NCBI GenBank assembly: GCA_964016885.1
Contig: OZ024747.1
Coordinates: 44,578,001-44,642,000 of the forward strand
Direction: 5' to 3'
DNA length: 64,000 bases
From: Eledone cirrhosa
Lineage: Eukaryota
Shown: one piece after another, positions 13,246 through 25,388 of the stretch
Layout: the number at the start of each line of letters is the position of its first letter
Numbering within the stretch: the first letter of the stretch is position 1
Position numbers and translations under genes: made by a program
The notes under the pieces: model-generated
The model's input: the letters and a program-made list of their open reading frames with translations, nothing else
What the model was told of the DNA's origin: nothing
The model's database searches: none

Positions 13246-15394
13246 CCAGAGTGTATTAGATTTGGAATAGGTACACCATATTCCTATATGTCATAAGAAG
13301 CTATTAAAAGTGTTTGTGTTAGAATGGCATCTGGCTGTAAAACATTGCCTCAAAAAATCCCATCCAACTCCTGCTGGCATGGAAAGGTCGATGTAAAAAA
13401 CAATGTTGATGATCTAATCTGTTACTTTCACTAAACAGTTTCTACATTGGAGCAAAAAAAGAAAAACCTTCATGGGATTTGAATTCAGAATGTAAAAAAT
13501 TTGCAACGCATTTTGCCCAATGCTCTACAAATTTTACCAACCATTTTATTAAGAGTTAACAAAAAAGCAAATTATTTTACTAAATTTTTGCAAATTTCTA
13601 AGCATTTTAAAAATAAATTACTATAATTAGTGTATTCCATTAGAAATGTGGTCACAAAAGTATTAACAGAACAGTCTAAAACTCAATTTTGACTAAGAAA
13701 TGCTTAGCTGGTGCTAACATAAATATTCAAGTACATTATAACAAATGATATGATTTCTAACTCTCATCTCTATAGTCCTAATATAGTCTTTTTATTTCTC
13801 AGTAAGTCTTACCTCTCTCCCTTCACTTAAAATAATCTATTTATATGTATGTGTCTTTTCACTTGAAGTGTATTAGAAACATTTAAGAGAATTTCATTGT
13901 TATTAGTAAATAAAAGTATAATTTATCTTACAATATTTAATATACACATATAGGAATAAATGTATTAGTGAGTGTTAGGTTTAAAGTGAAATAAAATGCT
14001 ATACTTTGCATAAATAAATACGAATCAACAATAACAATAAAAAGAAAACTATTAGGTCGCAAAATATTTTCTTAAAAGCTATACACCTTACCTAATGAAA
14101 ATATATTAGTTTGACTAAAAAAATAGGAGTGATTTCGCGTTTGTCTTTTTATTGCTTAACACAGAGCTGACTAATGATTGATCATTTGAAAATATATTTG
14201 TCTCAAAAAAACAAAAAATTGCTTTCCACCGATAATAATTCTATGAAATATGAACAACCTTATTCTTAATTTCTCAAATATAAGTTAAATGAAATAAATT
14301 GATTTGAAAATGAAACAGTAATTGCCCTGCCAACAAAATATATCAAGTTAAATAATGCAGTTTACAAAATTAAATTACAAATATTCTCAGTACAGAAAAC
14401 AAATAATGATTTATATAAATGCTTGCAAAAACCAAATTCAGCAGTAAAACTGAAAAATATTTTGATTACAGAACACTGCATTAACAAAATTTATATAAAA
14501 ACAATTTCAGAAAATTTAAAATAATGCTGACATACGACTGCAATTTCTAATTCAAACTTTCTATTATTATATTAGAGCTTTAAAATTAACATTAACACTT
14601 TTGCTACCATATGTTTAATGAAACATACTGCCTCTGGTTTTTAAATAATTTTGAAAATAACCAAAAATTTGAAGAGTAGGAAAGACCCTTCTTGGTAATC
14701 TACACGATAAACGCCCCCAATAAACACTGTAAAGTGGTTGATGATAGGAAGGGCATCCAGCCATAGAAAACTTGGCGAACAAAGGGTTGGGAGGACCCTT
14801 CAGTTGTATCAAAGACATGACAACCTCTCTAGTGCTGGTGCTATGATAAAATGCACACAATAAGCAAGATGCAAACCCTCAGCCTGTGTGGGAGGTCAGT
14901 AGCCCCGCATCAATACTGACTTGGTCAGTGAAGATCCGTACAACCTTTGCCAGCAGAGAAAGCAGATGCTAAATGGTGATGATGATGATGATGATGAACT
15001 AACTTTCTCAGTATTATGCTGGTATTTGGAACATAACTTAAAAGTGGTCCTTACATAAACACTTTAAAATAAACATCATGGTATTATAGAACCAAGGATG
15101 GTATCAGGCAGTTCAGGATCAAAAAGGTTTGTTCTTATTTATGATTTTAAGCCCCATTTCTTAATTGATTTTCAATGATAAAAATGCAAAATTAAACATT
15201 ACAACATAAACAGTGAAGTAAATATATTTAATGTTTTTATTATGAACATAAAAATAGCCTGCCTTCAATTTCCAAGTGTAATTAACTAGATAGATATGTG
15301 GTTCTGGATATGGTCTCACTACACAGCACCTTGAATAATAATCTACTATAGCACTGAGTTGATTAATGTTTATATCTCACATTTGGAAACTAAA

Positions 15395-15445
15395 TGTGTG
15401 CGCGCGTGTGTGTGTGTGTGTGTGCGTGCGTGTGCGTGTGCGCGC

Positions 15446-15515
<70 letters not shown>
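15395..15515. repeat. (GT)n microsatellite with (GC) interruptions
   Basis: Directly visible. Confidence 0.95.
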
Positions 15516-15517
<2 letters not shown>

Positions 15518-16424
15518 ATACATTGTGTCAGTTTATGTCTCGTAACTCAGCAGCCTAACAAAAAGAAACTGATAAAACAAGTACCAAACTGGATTAGCTA
15601 CAACCCCAGCATGGTCGCAATCCAAATAATACCATGAAACCATTAAAAGAATAATACCAGCTGAAATAAATTTCAAAACTTAGCATTACTAAGTATTAAA
15701 GGCCATTTAGATTAATATGCCTAATCATGTCAACAACGTAAGATAAATAATATACTAGTTTTCATAGTTTGGTAAACAGTTTTTCAATGTAGATCAAAGC
15801 TGCTGATTAAATAGAATGTAATGTTCAAATATAACCATGAAGCCTTTCAGTTACATCTAAATATGAAAGCAATTAAAACTATGAAAAAGACAATTTCAAT
15901 TTGACATATAAACTTCAAAACCTTAATAAATTTGCAGATATTTTATGTTAAGCCTAACTACAAAGATTTTAATTTCAGTACATTAACTTCCAACTATTAA
16001 AATGTTTCCCTTTTAGCTTACAATGTAACCAATTAGGGAAACTATATATATGTATATATGTACAATAAAAAAAGGAGGAGGGGTGACGATAAACTTGAAA
16101 TGTATGAAATTATAAAATGATCAAATATATAAAGTATTTTGTGCACAGATAACAAATATGCAGAGTATTTTTATTTCATCTATTTACTAATTTATAATGT
16201 ATGAAATTATTGGTGGCAGGGTGGGATGAGGGAGGTAAATGAGTAATATAGAAGGATTTATTTGTAAATGTTATAAAAGCTATCACAAAAACAAAACATC
16301 AAGTATGATTTTTGTTCATTAAATTTCTTAAATCTAAAAACTTATTCATGAATTTGAAAACCACAAACTAAATCATTACTGGATGAAAATGTAACATTTG
16401 ACATCATAACATTTGATATCACCT

Positions 16425-17300
16425 TTCTTCTTCCTTCCATCATCTATCTCTCATTCACATCTCTTCTTCCTTCCATCATCTATCTCTCATTCACATCTCT
16501 TCTTCCTTCCATCATCTATCTCTCCTTCACATCTCTTCTTCCTTCCATCATCTATCTCTCCCTCACATCTCTTCTCTCTTCCTTCCATCATCTATCTCTC
16601 CTTCTCATCTCTTCTTCCTTCCATCATCTATCTCTCCTTCACATCTCTTCTTCCTTCCTTCCATCATCTATCTCTCCTTCACCTCTCTTCTTCCTTCCTT
16701 CCATCATCTATCTCTCCTTCACCTCTCTTCTTCCTTCCATCATCTATCTCTCCTTCTCATCTCTTCTTTCTTCCGTCCATCATCTATCTCTCCTTCACAT
16801 CTCTTCTTCCTTCCATCATCTATCTCTCCTTCACATCTCTTCTTCCTTCCATCATCTATCTCTCCTTCACCTCTCTTTTTCCTTCCATCATCTAACTCTC
16901 CTTCACATCTCTTCTTCCTTCCATCATCTATCTCTCCTTCACCTCTCTTCTTCCTTCCATCATCTATCTCTCCTTCACATCTCTTCTTCATTCCATCATC
17001 TGTCTCTCCTTCACCTCTCTTCTTCCTTCCATCATCTATCTCTCCTTCACCTCTCTTCTTCCTTCTATCATCTATCTCTCCTTCACCTCTCTTCTTCCTT
17101 CCATCATCTATCTCTCCTTCACATCTCTTCTTTCTTCCTTCCCTCATCTATCTCTCCTTCTCATCTCTTCTTCCTTCCATCATCCTTCTCATCTCTTCTT
17201 CCTTCCATCATCTATCTCTCCTTCTCATCTCTTCTTCCTTCCATCATCTATCTCTCCTTCTCATCTCTTCTTCCTTCCATCATCTATCTCTCCTTCACAT
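16425..17300. repeat. 36-bp pyrimidine-rich minisatellite, about 24 copies
   Basis: Unit CTCTTCTTCCTTCCATCATCTATCTCTCCTTCACAT with some 40-bp variants; the plus strand is almost G-free. Confidence 0.95.
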
Positions 17301-18485
17301 TTTGGCACAAGGTCAGCAATTTTGAGGAAAAGGGAAAGTTGATTATATTGATCCCAGTATTTAACCTCCGCAAGACATAGTCTATTACAATAATTGCAGT
17401 GTTATTGTATCAAACATTACAAAAATATAGTAATGACCGATTCCACACAAATCTATGGGAATTACATATTGGATATTATCATTATCATTATCATCATCAT
17501 TATTTAATATCCATTCCCCTGGCTAGCAAGGATTGGACGGGTTGTCACCGACCTCTCACACATGGCAGGGGCCTCATCTTGCTTACGTTCCAGTACTCCC
17601 TCTCCTGAGTTCATTTTATCATGGTACTCACACTAGGGAGGTAGTTTGGGCTCTGACACAACTAAAACATCTTCTTGACAGTAATTATGAATAAGTAATG
17701 GTATATATAATAATAATAGAATATAGGAAAATGGATTTTGATGGAAGTTTTTATTTGTGTGAAATTCTGGTTGAATTTAGAGATAATATACACTAGAAAT
17801 AAGTTTGGAAATTCTACAAGCAATATAAACTATGTAACGATACTAGTTATAAAAATCAAGAGAAGCACAGAGAGAGAGAAATTGTAATAAACAAGACGTA
17901 TTTATAGCAGGAGTTGTGTAAACATGTCAATATAAAATTCCAAATATCTGGCTAGCAATTAAAGAAAATAAATAAAATTGTTTAATAGTAGAATGGAGAA
18001 AATGATAGGAAAATTATATTAACATGAATTTTTTTAGGTAACAGGGAAAAAAAAAAACAGTATACAGCTCATAACATTATGAGTCAACAAATTGAGAACG
18101 AAACAGCAGACGGTATTATATTTTTCCAAAAGAACAATTTTCAAAAATACAAATTTAATTGGTGTATCGATTTCCCTATCAGAATATATTACTAAAAAAA
18201 AAAGCATAGAAAAAAAATAACAATAAAATTAAGCTCTTGGCTTTTACTGTTTTTTTTTTCCTTCTTTTTTTTTTCCACCATTTAAAAAAAAAAATACAAT
18301 CGGACTTTGTTTCTAAAATAGCTAAGATGTAGCAAGCTGATAAATGATAAATTCTTATGACCATAGTGGCTAACAGAGCTGAAATACAAACCCATGGTTA
18401 AAGAGTTTAGAACTTTTTGTATTTTGAGTATAGCTAATCTAGCTAGGATAGTTTCTTTTACAAGGACCACTTGGGATAATAGCAT

Positions 18486-18750
18486 GTAAGACCAGCGACA
18501 AGATAGATAGGACCACTTGATATAATACCATCTCAGACCAATGACAAGATAGACAGGTCTACTTCATATAATACTATCTCAGACCAATGACAAGATAGAC
18601 AGGTCCATCTGATATAATACTAGGTAAGACCAATGACAAGATATACAGGTCTACTTGGCCACTGACATGACAGGAATACTTGATATAATACTAGGTAATA
18701 CCACTGACAAGACAGGTTCACTCGATACAATACAATGTAAGACTGATGGT
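18486..18750. repeat. Degenerate 46-bp tandem repeat, about 5-6 copies
   Basis: AGACCAATGACAAGATAGACAGGTC..TGATATAATAC recurs at about 18535, 18581 and 18627. Confidence 0.75.
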
Positions 18751-18849
18751 TGCCCTACAGAGTAGTGATACTTGTGTCACTAGGCCTGGACTGATCAAAA
18801 CCTAAAGTTGAACTTCAACAACATTTTACCATAGGAAAATGAATGGGTG

Positions 18850-19200
18850 GAATAGAATGGTTTCCGTTGGTTTCGACAATGAATGTTCCAGTTATTCAAT
18901 CAATAGAAGAGCCAGCTCATAAAATGAATGTGTTAAATTGCTAAAACATTCCACAGACACATGTACCCTTAATATAATTCTCAGGCAGATTCAGTGTGAA
19001 ACAGTGCATGCCAAGGTTGGCCTTTTGAATTACAGGTACATTCTATCCAACAGGCTTCCAAACACCATATACCCAATTTCACTCTGAAGGCATGGGTTGA
19101 CATCAGGTTAACTTACCCAAGATGCCATGAAGTGGGAAAGAACCCAAGACATAATGATTGTGAAGCAAACTCCTTAACCATTCAGCAATGCTATGTCCAC
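18850..19200 (-). mobile_element. Degenerate SINE family C
   Basis: Homologous to 2490-2760; ends with a decayed tRNA-like head on the minus strand. Confidence 0.5.
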
Positions 19201-19905
19201 TCTATATAATAAGATATCAAGAAACCTATCTAAGAGGCTTCTAAATATATGTTTACTTCCTGTGACTATGAGGAAATATATTGATCTCTTTTCTGATGAG
19301 TTTTTAATAGCAACCTTTAAGACTTTCATTAACAATACAAATATTCTACATTGCATATACAATTGTTAATTTCTGATGAAAAAAATAGTGAGAAAGCAAC
19401 ATGTGCATGTTATTGGTAAAGATATAGTTTATATATATATATATATTCATAAAAAAAAAAAGATATGGGAGAAACAAGACAGTCAGAGAGGAAGGGACAG
19501 AAAAAATGTACTATTTCTCTTCATCCTTGACAATATGTAAAATTACAAAGCAAAAAAAAACAACACTAGTGTCTTATAATGAATTATTTATAGCAAACAT
19601 TTTAATCTTATTTCAAGTAGTTGTTACATTCAGAAATATAAAAGGTTTATGATTTGAGTATATGTGAAAGAAAAAAAGAGCTTGTGGTCTGTTTTTCTTT
19701 ATTTGTTTTTTCTTTTTTTTTAGAAAGCGTCTTTGTAAGTCAGAATGAAGAAATCAGTGTCTGAGAGAATAATATATGTATATATAATATATATATATAA
19801 TATATGTATGTGTGTGTGTCAGTGAACATGTGTCAAAGTAAGATTTTGTAGATTAACCCATTTCATACCAAATTTCTAATAAAAGTTTTTCAAATAATTT
19901 GAAAA

Positions 19906-20093
19906 TAATAATTGTTTTTGGCACAAGGCCAGCAATTATCCCAGTGTATTACTGGTACTTTATTTTATCGACCTCGTAGGGATGAAAGGCAAAGTTAACC
20001 ACGACGGGATTTGAACTCAGACCATAAAGGGGGTAACTCTTTGCTGCAAAGCATGGCGTCTGACCCTCTACCGATACTGCCAATACACCGCCC
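19906..20093 (-). mobile_element. SINE family A with TSD, nested in a TTAA-ended MITE (about 19853-20276)
   Basis: Direct repeat TTGAAAATAATA on both sides; outer termini TTAACCCATTTCATACC ... GGTATCAGAATGGTTAA. Confidence 0.8.
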
Positions 20094-20513
20094 TTGAAAA
20101 TAATACTAAAACTGGAGGGATTTAGGTATGTATCTAACCTTCTCATTACTTAACAAAGATTCTTACATGAAATTATGATGGAAGGTTTTTAGATAAATAT
20201 AAACTCGTTAAAACAAACTGTTTTGTATTGTAGAAATAGTCATGGTTTCAGGCAATTTGGTATCAGAATGGTTAAGAGTGTGTAACACTGTATAAGTGAA
20301 AGTATGTGAGTGCTTATTGGACAACCAACCTGAAGTGTGGCACAACAGTGCACATAAATCTATTTTTGCATTTCACAGTTGAATAACTGGCAATAAGATA
20401 AGACATTATCTTTTAAATACTTTTGCTGATAATTCAGGAGAATTTCTAAATTTACAAATCCATCCAACACACTGAAAGAAGAAATAAATGAAATCATGAC
20501 TAGGGATATACAG

Positions 20514-20735
20514 ATAATGATTTCTGATTTAGGCACAAGGCCAGCAATTTGAGGGGAGAGTAAAGTCAATTAAATCAACACCTAGTACTTACTGGTACTT
20601 TATTTTATTGATGCCGTAAGGATGAAAGGCAAAGCTAACTTCTGTGGTATTTGAACTCAGAACATAAAGGGCCGTAACTCTATGCCGCGAAGCATGTTAT
20701 CTGGTGCTCTACCGATACTGCCAATCCACTGCCCT
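20514..20735 (-). mobile_element. SINE family A (long-tail variant) with TSD
   Basis: Flanking repeat TAGGGATATA(C/T)AGAT at about 20501 and 20736. Confidence 0.85.
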
Positions 20736-20759
20736 TAGGGATATATAGATTATTATTGA

Positions 20760-20955
20760 GGCGGTGGATTGGCAGTATCGGTAGAAGGTCGAACGTCATG
20801 CTTTATTGCATAGAGTTACGGCCCTTTCCATTCTGAGTTCAAATCTCGCCAAGGTTAACTTTGCCTTTCATCCTTACGGGGTCGATAAAATAAAGTACCA
20901 GTAATGCACTGGGATAATTGCTGGATTTCTGCCAAAAGTAGAAACAATTATTATT
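20760..20955 (+). mobile_element. SINE family A, head-to-head with the preceding copy
   Basis: GGCGGTGGATTGGCAGTATCGG...GAGTTCAAATC...AGAAACAATTATTATT. Confidence 0.9.
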
Positions 20956-22156
20956 GTGTTTATTTTCCTGGTGACTTGATCTGAGACAATGTAATGAAAC
21001 TGAAGCAATAATTGTTTCTACTTTTGGCACAAGACCAGCAATTATCCCAGTGTATTACTGGTACTTTATTTTATCGTATGTATGGACTTGTAACACATGG
21101 TGGAGCTGTAGGGGCATTGTAGTGACATACAACATATCATGGACATTTTAAACCTGCTGGAACCCCTCTTTTCTCCAGGTCTGAACACAGCTAATTTCTT
21201 CCAGCGAAGGTGAGAGAGTGAAAGAGAGACAGAAAGTGAGAAAGAGATGAAAAGATGGAAAGCAAAGATGACTTGAACTTGGGAGTGCAGAAATCTGGAA
21301 AGAATACCACAATATATTCTATCCACTGTTTTAATGACACTGCCAATTCAATGCTTTAAAAAATACATATAAACTGTTATATTCACTTTTTATATATTTT
21401 GTAGGGTCAAGATTCTTGGTGTACACTTACTCCACTACAGGATGTCAGAGGGGATGCTGTGAAACATTTTCATGCCATCAAAGTAAATCTAGTAGTCTTA
21501 GAGTGCATTTGTAAATATCTACAACTCTTCCATAATGTAACTGAACATTATTGCATACTTTATAAACTATAGCAACACAAGAAAATAAAGTTTAAAACTC
21601 ACATAGATACATCAGACTAGATGGAACATAGCTGAGACAAGTAGTTTGTTAAAGGTCTTATTTTCCTGGAATCCCCCTCTAGCAATGTAATAGGAAAGTA
21701 CAGCACTATGAAGCAAGCATATTTCAGGCATTTGTCTGAGAACATAATGCAATGCTTGCAGCAAGACATGCACTGTCTATTACTTATGAAACAGTCACTT
21801 TATTAATTATGAATAATGAGTTTAGAGTATGATAATATCTTGCAGGATTTTGTAACATGTCATGAAAATTCTCAAGAATAAGTCCAATTTGCATTGCTTT
21901 ACAGTGAAATATTTTAGAAATATGTTTATTATAAGGAGAGAAACATATGAAAAGTGACTAAAAGTGTTGGCAATAGAAAGGTGCAACTCACAAAATACTG
22001 CCTTGGAAAATTCATCCAATTCATGCTAGCATAGAAAAGCGGACATAAAATGTAAGCATTATATATATAACTTAGCCTTTCATCCTTACGGGGTCGATAA
22101 AATAAAGTACCAGTAATGCACTGGGTAATTGCTGGCCTTGTGCCAAAAGTAGAAAC

Positions 22157-22190
<34 letters not shown>

Positions 22191-22205
22191 TTTCATTTCA
22201 CGTCA

Positions 22206-23087
22206 CTTCTATGTGAGCAAGACAAAGTCACCTGGCCAAACTTGCCTCAAACGGGACAACCCATCTAACCCATGCTAGCGTGGAAAAGTGGACGTTAAAT
22301 GTGGTGGTAATGATGATGACGATGATGATTATATATATATATATATATACATACGTACATACCTACATGGCCTCAGCCGGGTGGCTGGAACAGGTAAACG
22401 TACAACACTGATTCTTTGTTCCCTTATACATATATATATATAAATGTACACATGCATACATGTATGTCTATATATATATATATATATATAGACATACATG
22501 TATGCATGTGTATATTTATATATATATATATATATGTATAAGGGAACAAAGAATCAGTGTTGCATCATATACATATTTAATTACATATTACCTATGTTTC
22601 ACTGTTGATCAGCTCGAGGAATGATCTATTAATGATTGAACTTGACTCTGGAATCAGAAGCGCCTGCCTCAGGGCTACATGTGTTAACAAGTAGACTCTC
22701 AGACGACAGAGAAACATATGTAATGTCATCATCATCACCGTTTTACGTCCGTTTTTCCATGCTAGCATGGGTTAGACGGATTTTCCTGTTGTGGGCAGTG
22801 TCTGGTCGGCTGACCATGCCTTGCTCATACAGGAACTGATTTTGGCTTGATTTCTACAGCTGGCTGCCCTTCCTAACACCAACCTCATGTAATTAAATAT
22901 GTATATGGTGCAACACTGATTCTTTGTTCCCTTATATATTAATACTATTGATACTCTGCTCCCCAAGAGCATTGAGTGCTCATTTGGCATAGCGCCTACG
23001 GACGCAATTAATTTGCACCTGTAATGCATAAATATATATACTTTTACCTGTTCCAGCCACCCGGCTGAGGCCATGTAGGTATGTACG

Positions 23088-23119
<32 letters not shown>

Positions 23120-23243
23120 ATCATCATCATCATCATCATTACCACCACATTTAACGTCCACTTTTCCACGCTAGCATGGGTTAGATGGGTTGTCCCGTTT
23201 GAGGCAAGTTTGGCCAGGTGACTTTGTCTTGCTCACATAGAAG
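22206..23243. repeat. Nested inverted duplication (22206-22399 inverted at 23044-23243; internal palindrome about 22403-22563)
   Basis: The roughly 195-bp arms are near-perfect reverse complements and include an RTE-type tail, (GAT)n/(TA)n and unique sequence. Confidence 0.85.
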
Positions 23244-24032
23244 TTTCTGGTTTGGTTTCTATGGCTGGATGCCCTTCCTAATGCCAGCCACATTTACAGT
23301 GTGTGCTGCATGCTTATTGTTGATATATATATATACATATATAAAAGTTTTAGTTTTCATATACATATAGAGAGAGGCAAGTTCTAAATATTGATGTAAA
23401 AACTAAAAAATATTTTTTTCTCCATTTTATTATTATTTGTATAAATATGCAATTTAACTGCACTATACACTTCCGTCATATATATATATATATGTATATG
23501 TGTGTGTTTATATATATATATATGAATTTAAATAAAAACATAACAAATTTAATGACACTCTCTAGTTATAAATTCAATTATAGCAAATAGGATTAATTTC
23601 AGAAATTATAAAATCCCATTTCAAACATTCATTTTGTACAAAATAGAATTGTTTAAATATAATTACAATATAATTTCATGTAATTCCAATGAAACCTTAG
23701 TAAAACAAGAAATTAAAAACATTCTTAGAAAATGTATATAAGATAAGATGTCAATTGCAACAATATATATATTAACTGAATAGAGTCTATATAGATTAGC
23801 TCTTAGCATCCTGTACCTTATGAAACTGCATTAGTAAAAGATGCTTGAAAAGTACAAAACAGCTCTATGACTATCACATTAAACAATGATGTCTTTACTC
23901 TAATACTGAAAATTTTCAAAATTATCTGTTCATTACTAAAGACTATTGGGAAGCATTTAAATTAAAAAATCTTTTTTTTTTTTAGGTATTTTCGACATTA
24001 CAAGATTTTAAGAGCTAATGAAGGTATCTGTT

Positions 24033-24240
24033 CTAGTGGTTAGGGCATCGCATTCACAATCATAAGATTAAGTGTTCAATTCTTGGACCAAGCGGCATGT
24101 TGTATTCTTGAACAAGACACTTCCTTTCATATTGGTGCTCTCTAGCATTAAAACACTCAAAAAACCTCCTATGAGATGCAACCTTGAAGGAGGCCAGCTA
24201 AATCTGCATAGGTGTGAGTTGTAACACCTCATTTCAGTAT
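24033..24240 (+). mobile_element. Degenerate CORE-type tRNA SINE
   Basis: CTAGTGGTTAG A-box, GTTCAATTC B-box, TTCTTGAACAAGACACTT CORE-like motif. Confidence 0.6.
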
Positions 24241-24442
24241 ATATATATATGTTAGATCGTACGTAAGTACCTAGCTGTAAGACAACTTTTAACAATGAGA
24301 AAAATTAACCAATCTTTTATTTGGAAACTATTTTCCCAAATCATAATTGTCACAATAATTTTACAATACTTTTTTTTTTTTGTTAATCCACTTGATACCA
24401 AACCACCTGAAACCAGCTATAGATTCCACATTATAAAACTGC

Positions 24443-24646
24443 TTAACCCTTTAGCATTTACATTACTCTATATGTGCCATTATATTTTTGTGGTAAACAC
24501 TTTATCTCACATAATATTGAATCTATGAGACTGATATTATTTATTTTGAGAACAATAATTTAACATCAGTATGAGCGGCTGGTTTGAACAGAAAGAGGTG
24601 AGAGAATTCTGGCTGGATACAGCCGGTTTAAGTGATAAAGGGTTAA
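24443..24646. mobile_element. piggyBac-type MITE family 1, nested in an older TTAA-ended MITE (about 24383-24793)
   Basis: TTAACCCTTTAGCATTTA ... TAAGTGATAAAGGGTTAA. Confidence 0.8.
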
Positions 24647-25216
24647 ACTGTTTATATTTATCTAAAAGACTTATGTTATAATTTTATGTAAATGCCTTTA
24701 TAAAGGTATGTTACTAAATGCCTCCAAATTTTTTATTATTATCAAAATCATAAGTAGTGACTTTCAAGAAAACTATGGTAACAAAAGTGTTAAGCACACA
24801 TAGTTTAGGAAATTTACGCCAGATTCATTATCTTTATGCATAAAATTTATTTAAAATGTTTAAAAGTTTTGCTTGTCTTATGCATGTATATTTTGTATTT
24901 ATGACCCAAGTGGGACCTTTACATTATAGTAGAGCACATTACATTTAACAGTGAACTTTCCTTAAAACCACTACCTTATGTGTTACTTTGATACCATACA
25001 TGGACATTACCAGGTTTCCCTGTTAGTTTTGTAGTAAATCATGATTTTTTTCCCCTCTTAAATACACATAGTATATGAAATTCCCACCAGATTAACGACC
25101 TGTATTTATCAATTTTCTCAAAACCATTTATTGAACAAGTTAAAAAACTCTTGTTTCAAGTAAAAATACTTTTATACAGTATTTTGCATCAATTTAATAA
25201 GAAGAGAATATATATT

Positions 25217-25388
25217 TGAAATGTATGTGTCCCAACGCAATTGACCATAGTAATAGTCGATCACAATAAATAATAGTTGAGAAAACTGAGTAAATTACCC
25301 TTGGAGTCAGAAAACTGTAGACAGGGGTAATTTACCCAATTTTCTCCACTATTATTATCGTAATTTGTTTGGGGATAAGCATATTTCA
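25217..25388. mobile_element. Fold-back / MITE-like imperfect palindrome
   Basis: ATAATAGTTGAGAAAACTGAGTAAATTACCC pairs with GGGTAATTTACCCAATTTTCTCCACTATTAT; the left arm recurs at about 3238-3285. Confidence 0.55.

Noticed and set aside
16413-17147. Repetitive ORFs on both strands
   Set aside because: By-product of a 36-bp tandem unit; no splice or domain evidence.
21080-21490. Possible host exons (donor-like AGGTGAGA at about 21210; acceptor-like TTTTGTAG at about 21403)
   Set aside because: Short open frames with no recognisable protein similarity and incompatible phases; not supportable.
22585-22725. Hammerhead-like GAAACATATGTA motifs
   Set aside because: Cores read CAGACGA / CTGATCA with no adequate stem II; treated only as a short inverted repeat.
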